The notes beneath the pieces were generated by a model. That model searched no databases and was not told the origin of the DNA. It saw only the letters and a list, made by a program, of their open reading frames with translations. From positions 2,400,001 through 2,432,000 of the forward strand of contig FP565575.1 of assembly GCA_000091165.1 (NCBI GenBank): a DNA stretch of 32,000 nucleotides. Direction: 5' to 3'. A program made the position numbers and the translations under genes. Positions within the stretch are counted from its first letter, which is position 1. The number at the start of each line of letters is the position of its first letter. The stretch comes from Candidatus Methylomirabilis oxygeniifera (lineage in GTDB: Bacteria > Methylomirabilota > Methylomirabilia > Methylomirabilales > Methylomirabilaceae). Below, piece after piece: positions 1 through 7,108 of the stretch.

Positions 1-321
1 CCCCATTCCTTCCCTGAAGAGCGACGCGGCCAAAGGGAAGACGATATACGGCCCGCCGGGCATCAGCAGACCCACCAGCCACCCGAGCAGGATGCCCTGC
101 ACGCCGGACTCCTTACCCATCCATTTGACCAGCAGCTCCCGGGGAACGAGCACCTCGAAGAGGCCGGCCAGACAGAAACCGAACAACAGCGGCAGCCAGA
201 CCTCCCGGAGCAGCCCGAATCCGGCCTGAATACCCTGCAGGGGCAGATCCTTCCCTTTCGTCAAGGCCCACGCAATCATCAGGATGGTCAGCCCCCCCAT
301 CACAAGGACGTCGGTATCCAT
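1..321 (-). CDS. Predicted multi-pass membrane permease (COG0701/DUF318-like), N-terminal 107 codons only; the 3' end runs off the window
   Basis: Absent from the ORF track because it has no in-window stop. Hand translation of the minus strand from the ATG at 321-319 gives MDTDVLVMGGLTILMIAWALTKGKDLPLQGIQAGFGLLREVWLPLLFGFCLAGLFEVLVPRELLVKWMGKESGVQGILLGWLVGLLMPGGPYIVFPLAASLFREGMG. The product is hydrophobic and helical, third codon positions are G/C-rich, and GAGGGG lies about 10 nt upstream of the ATG. The family call is from remembered motif patterns only. Confidence 0.55.
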   Translation of the reverse strand, partial: MDTDVLVMGGLTILMIAWALTKGKDLPLQGIQAGFGLLREVWLPLLFGFCLAGLFEVLVPRELLVKWMGKESGVQGILLGWLVGLLMPGGPYIVFPLAASLFREGMG

Positions 322-395
322 GGTCTTTTTTCCCCTCTGCGTCGTCGGTGTGTCTGCCACACCACTCCTCCCGTGATCGAAGGCCTGAGGATGAA

Positions 396-1787
396 TCAGG
401 GCCGGGATAGGCCGAACTTCTTAAGCCGATAACGAAGCGTGTCTCGACTGAGGCGAAGCAGCCTGGCGGCCTTCGTCTGATTGCCGCCGCTGTCCCGTAA
501 CGCCAGCTCCACCAACGACCGTTCCCACGCCTCCAGGTCGATCCCCTCCCGCGGGAGCGCCCCAGGAACAAGACCGGCAGTCGACAGGAGGTCCGGCGAC
601 GTGCTCGGCGGCACAGGGGCCAGAGAGAGCTGATCGATCGACAGCCGATCCCCGTGGCTCCACAGGACGGCACGCTCGATGACGTGGCTCAGCTCCCGAA
701 TGTTGCCGGGCCACGAATACTCAAGGAGGGTTCGGGCGGCCCGGTTGTCGATCGTGCGAATCGCCTTACCGTACTTGGCGTTGAACGTCTCCAGAAAGTG
801 GGTGGCGAGCAGCAAGATATCCTCGTCGCGCTCGCGCAATGGCGGCAGATCGATGGTGATGACGGCAAGCCGATAGTAGAGGTCTTTTCTAAATCGAGCG
901 GCCTTGACCTCGGTTTCGAGGTCCCGATGGGTGGCAGCTACAATCGTGACATCCACTCGCCGATCCCGTAGCCCCCCGACCCGACGGATGACCCGTTCCT
1001 CGACGGCGCGAAGCAGCTTGCCTTGAAGGGCGAGTTCGGTGTCGCCCACCTCGTCCAGGTAGAGGAAGCCTCCATCAGCCGCCTCGAACAGACCCATCTT
1101 CGATTCCTTCGCATCGGTAAACGCCCCGCGCTCGTATCCGAACAGTTCCGCCTCCATCAGCGTGGCTGGGAGCGCCGTGCAGTTGATCTCGATGAAGGCG
1201 CGTGACGCCCGCCGACTGTGGCGGTGCAGTGTGCGCGCCACCAACCCTTTTCCGGTCCCCGTCTCCCCTGTGATCAGAATGGGGGGGGAGTCCTCCAACG
1301 CGGCAATCTGCTGGATCCGAGCAACGATCTCGCACATGGCCGCGCACTTCCCGATAATCCCCATGTAGGGGCGCTCCCGGACGTCCCGCTCCCTGTAATA
1401 GGAGAGCTCCTGTCGCAACCGTGCGCTCTCACACGCCCGGTCGGCCAGCATCTTCAGTTCATCAAGGTCGACCGGTTTCTTAATGTAGTCGAACGCTCCC
1501 AGCTTGACCGCCTCCACCGCTCCCTCAATGGAGCCGTAGGCGGTCATGATGATGACGGCAATATTGCGGTCGAACTCTTTGATTCTGCTCAGCAACTCCA
1601 TGCCGCTTTGGCCCGGCAGGCAGACATCCAGAAAGACCAGGTCCGGACGGAGGCGATCCAGCAGCTCCAGCGCCCTGTCGGCGTTCTCAGCCACTTCCGC
1701 CTCGTACCCCTGTTCGGTCATGAACAGCTTGATCGAGCGAGCCAGGGTGCGCTCATCGTCCACAATTAACAGAGTCGAGGGGTTCAT
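396..1787 (-). CDS. NtrC/AtoC-type response regulator (REC + AAA+ sigma-54 interaction domain + Fis-type HTH)
   Basis: 463-aa ORF. The receiver domain has LIVDDE...DLVFLDVCLP...MTAYG. The AAA+ domain has Walker A GETGTGKG and ELFGYERGAFTDA (the GAFTGA loop reads GAFTDA). The C-terminal HTH reads NQTKAARLLRLSRDTLRYRLKKFG. It overlaps the upstream kinase gene by 4 nt (ATGA). Confidence 0.95.
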   Translation of the reverse strand: MNPSTLLIVDDERTLARSIKLFMTEQGYEAEVAENADRALELLDRLRPDLVFLDVCLPGQSGMELLSRIKEFDRNIAVIIMTAYGSIEGAVEAVKLGAFDYIKKPVDLDELKMLADRACESARLRQELSYYRERDVRERPYMGIIGKCAAMCEIVARIQQIAALEDSPPILITGETGTGKGLVARTLHRHSRRASRAFIEINCTALPATLMEAELFGYERGAFTDAKESKMGLFEAADGGFLYLDEVGDTELALQGKLLRAVEERVIRRVGGLRDRRVDVTIVAATHRDLETEVKAARFRKDLYYRLAVITIDLPPLRERDEDILLLATHFLETFNAKYGKAIRTIDNRAARTLLEYSWPGNIRELSHVIERAVLWSHGDRLSIDQLSLAPVPPSTSPDLLSTAGLVPGALPREGIDLEAWERSLVELALRDSGGNQTKAARLLRLSRDTLRYRLKKFGLSRP

Positions 1788-3322
1788 GTTGTCCTGTCCC
1801 GGTTGCCCGATGAGGTCGGTAGTGTGATGCTCACTGTGGTTCCGACTCCCGGTGTGCTGGCGATGTCCAGTGATCCGCCGTTCTGCACCACATACCGTTT
1901 TGCGATGGCGAGGCCAAGACCGGTTCCTTCCGCCCTCGTCGTGAAGAATGGATCACAGACCGACGGGAGGACCTGTGTGGCGATCCCATTTCCGGTATCG
2001 GCGATCTGGAGGACCACGCATCCGGGCTGACCGTTGTCGGGTCGGCGGTACCCACGGATCGTAACAGACCCTCCCTCAGGCATGGCATCGAGGGCGTTCG
2101 AGAATATTTCGCCAAGCGCTTGCTCCACCTGAATCGGATCGACATAGACGTCCGGCAGGTTGTTCTGCAGGTCGATCTCAAGTCGAATATCACGATCCTT
2201 GAGCGGCGCGGCGAAGGCGGGTAACAGGTCGTCGATCAACCTCGAGAGTTGTTCCGGCAGGGGACGAAAAGGGCCGGGGCGGGAGAAGGCGAGCAGATGA
2301 GAGATGCGGCGGTCCAGTCGGTCCACCTCGGCAATGACCATCTTCAGGTGCTCCTGCGCCACACGTTCATCGCCCACGTGGTGCAGAGTCACCTGAGCTG
2401 CAGCTCGAAGGCTCGCCAGGGGATTGCGCAGGCCGTGAGCAACTGCGGCGGACATCTCGCCGATGGATGCCAGTTTTTCAGATTGGATAAGTTGTGCCTG
2501 GGTCTCTTCCAGTTTCTTAATCTTCGCTTCCAGCTCGTCATTAAGGTGGGCCATGGCCTTGTGGGAACGTTTCAGGTTCTCGGTCATCCCGGCGAATGCC
2601 TGGGCTAACTCGCCGATCTCGTCTTTCGAGCGAACCGCTACCTCATGATCCAGGTGGCCTGCCCCGACGACCTCCATGGCCGCCTTCAGTTGATGGATCG
2701 GCCGCGCCAGTCCCCTGGAGATCAGAATCGAGGCGGCGACCCCGAGGGCTAACGACAGTAGGATAATCAACGATAACAGGCGCTGCTCCGCTTGCAGGAT
2801 CTCCTCAAGCCTGGCGTAGGCCCGTTGCAGGCTGTGGGCACGGGCAGCGCCGTATATCTCCTTATTCTTCGCACTGAGGGCGGGCAGGAGTCGGCTTTTT
2901 ATCTCCGTGTTGGCCAGGGCCAGCGCCGCGCTCCGCTGTCCGCCCTGGTACAGGAAGATGATTTGCTTGCCGACATCGAACATCTGAGTATGAATCTGCT
3001 CGACGTCTGTGGCGAGGTCCAGTTCGTCGGGTGTCAGCGTCAGCTTCCACTGGCGGAGGCGCTCCTGGATTTCCGGCTCCAGCCGGAAGAACTCTGCCTG
3101 CGCCTCGTGATCTATCCCGGTGAGAAACCCCCAGACTTGGCGGCTCTGGCGGAACAGAACCGTTTCGAGCTCGGCGTATGTCCGAGTTCTCGCCATGCTT
3201 TCGCCAAGCGCTCTGAGGGCTGCTCGTTCCTCCCGATTATTCCACACGGCCTGTACGCCGATCAGCAGGACAGGCACAACCATAAGCGCGAAGCCAAGCA
3301 GCAATTTACGTTGGAACTTCAT
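1784..3322 (-). CDS. Membrane sensor histidine kinase (2 TM helices, extracytoplasmic helical sensor, HAMP, HisKA, HATPase_c)
   Basis: 512-aa ORF. TM helices are LLLGFALMVVPVLLIGV and LLSLIILLSLALGVAASILI. A HAMP-like segment follows. The H-box is AAVAHGLRNPLASL, and the ATPase boxes are DTGNGI and GTGLGLAIAK. It is translationally coupled to the response regulator downstream. Confidence 0.92.
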   Translation of the reverse strand: MKFQRKLLLGFALMVVPVLLIGVQAVWNNREERAALRALGESMARTRTYAELETVLFRQSRQVWGFLTGIDHEAQAEFFRLEPEIQERLRQWKLTLTPDELDLATDVEQIHTQMFDVGKQIIFLYQGGQRSAALALANTEIKSRLLPALSAKNKEIYGAARAHSLQRAYARLEEILQAEQRLLSLIILLSLALGVAASILISRGLARPIHQLKAAMEVVGAGHLDHEVAVRSKDEIGELAQAFAGMTENLKRSHKAMAHLNDELEAKIKKLEETQAQLIQSEKLASIGEMSAAVAHGLRNPLASLRAAAQVTLHHVGDERVAQEHLKMVIAEVDRLDRRISHLLAFSRPGPFRPLPEQLSRLIDDLLPAFAAPLKDRDIRLEIDLQNNLPDVYVDPIQVEQALGEIFSNALDAMPEGGSVTIRGYRRPDNGQPGCVVLQIADTGNGIATQVLPSVCDPFFTTRAEGTGLGLAIAKRYVVQNGGSLDIASTPGVGTTVSITLPTSSGNRDRTT

Positions 3323-3329
3323 GTGTAGA

Positions 3330-3359
3330 ACTGTAGCCGTCCTGCTTCAACGCCGTCAA
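3330..3359 (-). promoter_or_regulatory. Sigma-70-like promoter for the kinase/regulator operon, placed so the mRNA would be leaderless
   Basis: The minus strand reads TTGACG (3359-3354), an 18-nt spacer, TACAGT (3335-3330), then 7 nt before the ATG at 3322. There is no Shine-Dalgarno sequence. Confidence 0.35.
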
Positions 3360-3391
3360 GGGAAAGTTATGGTGTCTTCTCTTGAATCCAC

Positions 3392-3420
3392 TTGACAGAG
3401 ATAATGACGTGGAGTTAGAT
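3392..3420 (+). promoter_or_regulatory. Sigma-70-like promoter candidate for the aor operon
   Basis: Consensus -35 TTGACA (3392-3397), a 17-nt spacer, then a weak -10 TTAGAT (3415-3420). GGAGG at 3451-3455 precedes the ATG at 3461. The -35 sits inside a 21/25-nt motif that also occurs at 29900-29924. Confidence 0.3.
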
Positions 3421-3460
3421 GAAGAAGGTCTTAACCCGTTCAGCGTAGACGGAGGTTGGA

Positions 3461-3952
3461 ATGGCGAAGGTTCTCAGCATCATCCCCGAACGATGTACCG
3501 CCTGCCGGGCCTGTGAGTTGGCCTGCTCCGTGAAGCACACCGGCGAGTTTAACCCCAGCCGATCTCGCATCAAGGTCAGTATCTTCCTTGAAGAGGCGGT
3601 CTACATCCCCACTGCCTGCACTCAGTGCACCGAAGCCTGGTGCGCGAAGATCTGCCCCACCACCGCTATCCTTCGCAACGATGATTACATGGCGTACTAC
3701 GTGGTCGACGACAAATGCGTCGGCTGCAAGATGTGCGTTCTGGCCTGTCCGTTTGGGGCGATAGAGCTGTATGCCGACCACGGCAAGGCCGAGAAGTGCG
3801 ATCTCTGCCTCTCGATCGACGGCGATCCGGAATGCGTAAAGTTCTGTACGCCGAAGGCGCTACTCTTTACCGATGAGGACGAGGGACCTAAGGCGAAGCA
3901 GGCGGCAACCGCCCGTCGGCTGAAGGAGGCCTTACAGGAGGCGGCAGGCTGA
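3461..3952 (+). CDS. Poly-ferredoxin-like electron-transfer subunit with four [4Fe-4S] motifs (AorA-like)
   Basis: 163 aa with four Cys clusters: CTACRACELAC, CTQCTEAWCAKIC, CVGCKMCVLAC and CDLC...CVKFC. There is a strong SD (GGAGG). Its stop overlaps the AOR start codon (TGATG). Confidence 0.9.
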   Translation: MAKVLSIIPERCTACRACELACSVKHTGEFNPSRSRIKVSIFLEEAVYIPTACTQCTEAWCAKICPTTAILRNDDYMAYYVVDDKCVGCKMCVLACPFGAIELYADHGKAEKCDLCLSIDGDPECVKFCTPKALLFTDEDEGPKAKQAATARRLKEALQEAAG

Positions 3953-5760
3953 TGGGCTGGACCGGGACGATCCTCAGAGTCAACCTGAGCAGCGGCAGCG
4001 TGGCGAAGGAGCCCCTGGACCGCCATCTCGCCAGGGCGTACATCGGCGGTCGCGGCCTGGCGACGAAGATCCTGTACGATGAGATCGACCCGACGCTCGA
4101 TCCGCTTGGGCCGGCTAATAAACTGATCCTCGCCACCGGCCCGCTCACCGGCACGAACGCCCCGACCGGCGGCAGATATATGGTGGTGACCAAGTCGCCG
4201 CTCACCGGCGCGATCGCCTGCTCCAATTCCGGCGGGTACATCGGAGCCGAGATGAAGTACGCCGGGTACGACCTGGTGATTGTGGAGGGGAAGGCGCCGC
4301 ATCCGGTGTATCTCTGGGTTAACAACGATCAGGTAGAGCTTCGGGACGCCGCCCACGTTTGGGGGCGGTCCACGCACGAGACCGAGGACACCCTTCGAGC
4401 GGCCACCAGCGCCGAGGCTAAGATCTGCAGCATCGGGCCGGCGGGGGAGACGTTGAGCCTGACCGCCGCCGTGATTAACGACAAGCATCGGGCTGCAGGG
4501 CGCTCCGGGGTAGGCGCGGTGATGGGATCGAAAAACCTGAAGGCCGTCGTCTTCCGGGGTACCCAGTCGGTGAAGGTCGCGCACCCCCAAGCGTTCATGC
4601 AGGCCTGCCTCCTGGCCGTGGCGAAGCTCAAGGCAGACCATGGTTCGGGAGAAGGTCTGCCGACGTACGGCACGCCAGGGATTGTGAACGTCATTAACGC
4701 CCACGGCTTCATGCCGACCAACAACTTTCAGTTCGGTCAGTTTGCCGGCGCCGACAAAATCAGCGGCGAGACCATCCATGACCAGATCCTGATCCGGAAC
4801 AAGGGCTGCTTTGCGTGTACCATCGCCTGCGCGCGGGTCACTGAGGTCAAGGCCGGAACGTTCAAGGGGTCGGGCGAGGGGCCGGAGTACGAGACCGTCT
4901 GGGGCCTTGGCGCCATGACCGGTGTGGACGATCTGGCTGCCGTCACCAAGGCCGGCTATCTCTGCAATGAGCTGGGGATGGATACGATCGAGGCAGGGGT
5001 GGCCATCGCTACCGCTATGGAGCTGTTCGAGCGGGGCTACATCCCGGAGCGTGAGATCGGCCGCCCACTTCGGTTCGGCGATGCGGATGCGCTGGTGGAG
5101 ATGACGGAAAAGCTGGGCAGGGGAGATGGGTTTGGCGCGATTCTGGCGCTAGGCGGCGCGCGGCTCGCCGAGCGGTACGGCCACCCTGAACTGTTCATGG
5201 GGGTCAAACGGCAGGCGTTCGCCGCGTATGACGGGCGAGGGGCTCAAGGGATCGGACTGGGGTATGCGACCTCTAACCGGGGTGCTTGTCACCTGCGCGG
5301 CTACACCATCGCGGCTGAGGTATTCGGTGTTCCGCACAAGATGGATCCCTTCACCACCGAGGGGAAAGCGGCGCTTGCCAAATCGTCCCAGGACGCCACC
5401 GCCTTTGTCGATTCGACCGGCACCTGCGTATTCACTACCTTTGCCCTGGGACCAGCGGATCTGCACGCCATGTTGGAGCTGGCGACGGACGCCGGCTATA
5501 CGGTGGAGGAAGTTCTCACGATCGGCGAGCGGATCTGGAACCTGGAGCGGCTCTTTAACCTCAGGGCCGGCCTCAGCGCCAAAGACGACACCCTGCCTCA
5601 TCGCATCCTGAAGGAGCCGATTCCAGCGGGACCGGCCAAGGGGAAGGTGGCCCGCCTCGGCGAGATGCTCCCGGAATACTATCGCCTTCGAGGCTGGGAC
5701 CCGCAAGGTGTGCCGACGCAAGAGAAACTGAAGGATCTAGGCCTCTACCCCACACCCTAA
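3952..5760 (+). CDS. aor: Aldehyde:ferredoxin oxidoreductase family, tungsten/molybdopterin-containing catalytic subunit
   Basis: 602 aa. The N-terminus is AOR-typical (GTILRVNLSSGSV..EPLD....YIGGRGLATKILYDEI). The size and internal motifs (GPLTGT, GRSGVGAVMGSKNLKA, YETVWGLG) fit the AOR family. Confidence 0.93.
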   Translation: MGWTGTILRVNLSSGSVAKEPLDRHLARAYIGGRGLATKILYDEIDPTLDPLGPANKLILATGPLTGTNAPTGGRYMVVTKSPLTGAIACSNSGGYIGAEMKYAGYDLVIVEGKAPHPVYLWVNNDQVELRDAAHVWGRSTHETEDTLRAATSAEAKICSIGPAGETLSLTAAVINDKHRAAGRSGVGAVMGSKNLKAVVFRGTQSVKVAHPQAFMQACLLAVAKLKADHGSGEGLPTYGTPGIVNVINAHGFMPTNNFQFGQFAGADKISGETIHDQILIRNKGCFACTIACARVTEVKAGTFKGSGEGPEYETVWGLGAMTGVDDLAAVTKAGYLCNELGMDTIEAGVAIATAMELFERGYIPEREIGRPLRFGDADALVEMTEKLGRGDGFGAILALGGARLAERYGHPELFMGVKRQAFAAYDGRGAQGIGLGYATSNRGACHLRGYTIAAEVFGVPHKMDPFTTEGKAALAKSSQDATAFVDSTGTCVFTTFALGPADLHAMLELATDAGYTVEEVLTIGERIWNLERLFNLRAGLSAKDDTLPHRILKEPIPAGPAKGKVARLGEMLPEYYRLRGWDPQGVPTQEKLKDLGLYPTP

Positions 5761-5775
5761 ACCCTATACCCTATC
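5755..5775. repeat. Three tandem 7-bp units CCCTAAA/CCCTATA/CCCTATC spanning the aor stop codon
   Basis: Read directly from CCCTAAACCCTATACCCTATC. The aor TAA stop is at 5758-5760, and the next ATG is at 5781 with no SD. Confidence 0.5.
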
Positions 5776-5780
5776 TTTAT

Positions 5781-6083
5781 ATGGCTGAAGTACGCTTCCT
5801 TGGCGCGATCCGAAGAGTTGCGGGAAAGTCATCGTTTGGGACCGATGCCGGGACGGTGGAAGAACTCCTGGAAGCGCTGAGGCGGGTCATGAGCCCCGCG
5901 TTCCAGAAGTTCGTATTTGAGGGGGAAAAGCTCCGGCAGGATGTCGATGTCCTGGTCAACGACCGGAATATCGCGCTTCTCGACGGCTTGAAAACAGCAC
6001 TCACCCCATTCGACCAGGTGACGCTACGCATCAATGGCGCCAGAGGATTCCCCTGTTCACCGGCCCGGACCGAGATAGCATGA
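5781..6083 (+). CDS. MoaD/ThiS-like beta-grasp protein, atypical (no C-terminal Gly-Gly)
   Basis: 100 aa. The layout is MoaD-like: MAEVRFLGAIRRVAG....GTVEELLEAL......LVNDRNI......L...DQVTL. The position of the usual ..SGG end reads INGARG and is followed by FPCSPARTEIA. Confidence 0.6.
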   Translation: MAEVRFLGAIRRVAGKSSFGTDAGTVEELLEALRRVMSPAFQKFVFEGEKLRQDVDVLVNDRNIALLDGLKTALTPFDQVTLRINGARGFPCSPARTEIA

Positions 6084-6102
6084 TATCCGCCGCTTCTGTG
6101 AC

Positions 6103-7065
6103 GTGGGGGTGAGCAAGGAGGCGAGCATCGAGGTTGGGCGCGTCCGCGAGATCTGGCGATACCCGGTGAAGTCTATGATCGGCGAGCGGCTCGATCGCGG
6201 TTATGTGGGCACGAAAGGATTATGGGGCGATCGTGGTTGGGCGATTCGAGGCGAGGCAACCGGGGAGATTCATAACGCCAAGCGCCACCCCATCCTGATG
6301 CAGTGCAGAGCGATATATCGCGAAGAACCACGTGCCGACCACATTCCGCACGTGGAGATCACGCTACCCGACGGCGCCACCGTCTCCAGCGATTCGCCGG
6401 CCGCCTCGCAGCGCTTGTCGGAACTGATCGGACGGCACGTTACCCTCCGTCCGGTGCAGCCGGGCGCAGACACGGCGTATTACCGTAGGCGCGAGCCGGG
6501 CGCTGCCCTGTTCGGCCGGCTGTGGGCGTATCGGTCGGCTCGCCGTCTGCTGCAACGACTCATCCTTCGCGGCCCGGCCGAAAAGGAACTGCGGGCGGTG
6601 TTCGGGCTCGAACCCGAGGACCCGTTGCCCGATTTGTCCGGCGTTCCTCCAGTCGCGTGGGAATTCTACACGCCGCCGGGCACGTATTTTGATCTTTTCC
6701 CGATTCACGTACTGACAACGTCAACGCTACAGTTGATGTCGCAGCTCAATCCGGCCGCCAATTGGGATGTCAGGCGATTCAGGCCCAATGTGCTGGTGGA
6801 CACCAAGCCGACGAATGGAGCCATAGAGAACGACTGGGTTGGCCGGACGATGCGCATCGGCGATGTCGTCGTCAAGGGGGAACTGCCCGCGATCCGTTGT
6901 GCGATGCCGATGCACGCCCAGGCCGATTTGCCGCGCGATCCATCGGTGCTGCGAACGATTGTCCGTAAAGCGGATCAGTCTCTAGGGCTGTACGCGTCGA
7001 TCATCGAGGCGGGCAGTGTCGCCACGGGCGATCCGGTAGAACTTGTGCCCCGTTCAGCGACTTAG
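6103..7065 (+). CDS. MOSC domain protein (MOSC_N beta-barrel + MOSC)
   Basis: 320 aa with a GTG start. The N-terminus VGRVREIWRYPVKSMIGERLD matches the YcbX/mARC-type MOSC_N signature. A conserved Cys is in context (LPAIRCAMP) near the C-terminus. Confidence 0.85.
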   Translation: MGVSKEASIEVGRVREIWRYPVKSMIGERLDRGYVGTKGLWGDRGWAIRGEATGEIHNAKRHPILMQCRAIYREEPRADHIPHVEITLPDGATVSSDSPAASQRLSELIGRHVTLRPVQPGADTAYYRRREPGAALFGRLWAYRSARRLLQRLILRGPAEKELRAVFGLEPEDPLPDLSGVPPVAWEFYTPPGTYFDLFPIHVLTTSTLQLMSQLNPAANWDVRRFRPNVLVDTKPTNGAIENDWVGRTMRIGDVVVKGELPAIRCAMPMHAQADLPRDPSVLRTIVRKADQSLGLYASIIEAGSVATGDPVELVPRSAT

Positions 7066-7108
7066 CGCCGGTTGAAGGCTGGTAAAATAAAGCTTAGGGA
7101 TCTCAATT

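Noticed and set aside
345-359. Minus-strand TGGCAGACACACCGA, 30 nt upstream of the permease ATG. It has a good sigma-54 -24 half-site and also forms part of a GGTGTG/CACACC hairpin.
   Set aside because: There is no TTGC -12 element at the required spacing; only the G matches. It may just be a small stem-loop after the regulator gene.
3370-3386. Sigma-54-like sequence TGGTGTCTTCTCTTGAA upstream of aorA.
   Set aside because: The GG to -12 spacing is one nucleotide too long, and the -12 element reads TTGA rather than TTGC. It does not meet the GG-N10-GC rule.
3697-4779. 360-aa ORF on the minus strand, antisense to the AOR gene. Similar long antisense ORFs occur at 113..673, 5149..5721, 7103..8011, 14946..15542, 15738..16331, 16567..17118, 12722..13246 and 29957..30637.
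   Set aside because: Each lies opposite a gene with clear family motifs. The products are Arg/Gly/Pro-rich and low in complexity. Each is in the shadow frame in which the real gene's G/C-rich third positions suppress stop codons. This is expected behaviour in GC-rich DNA.
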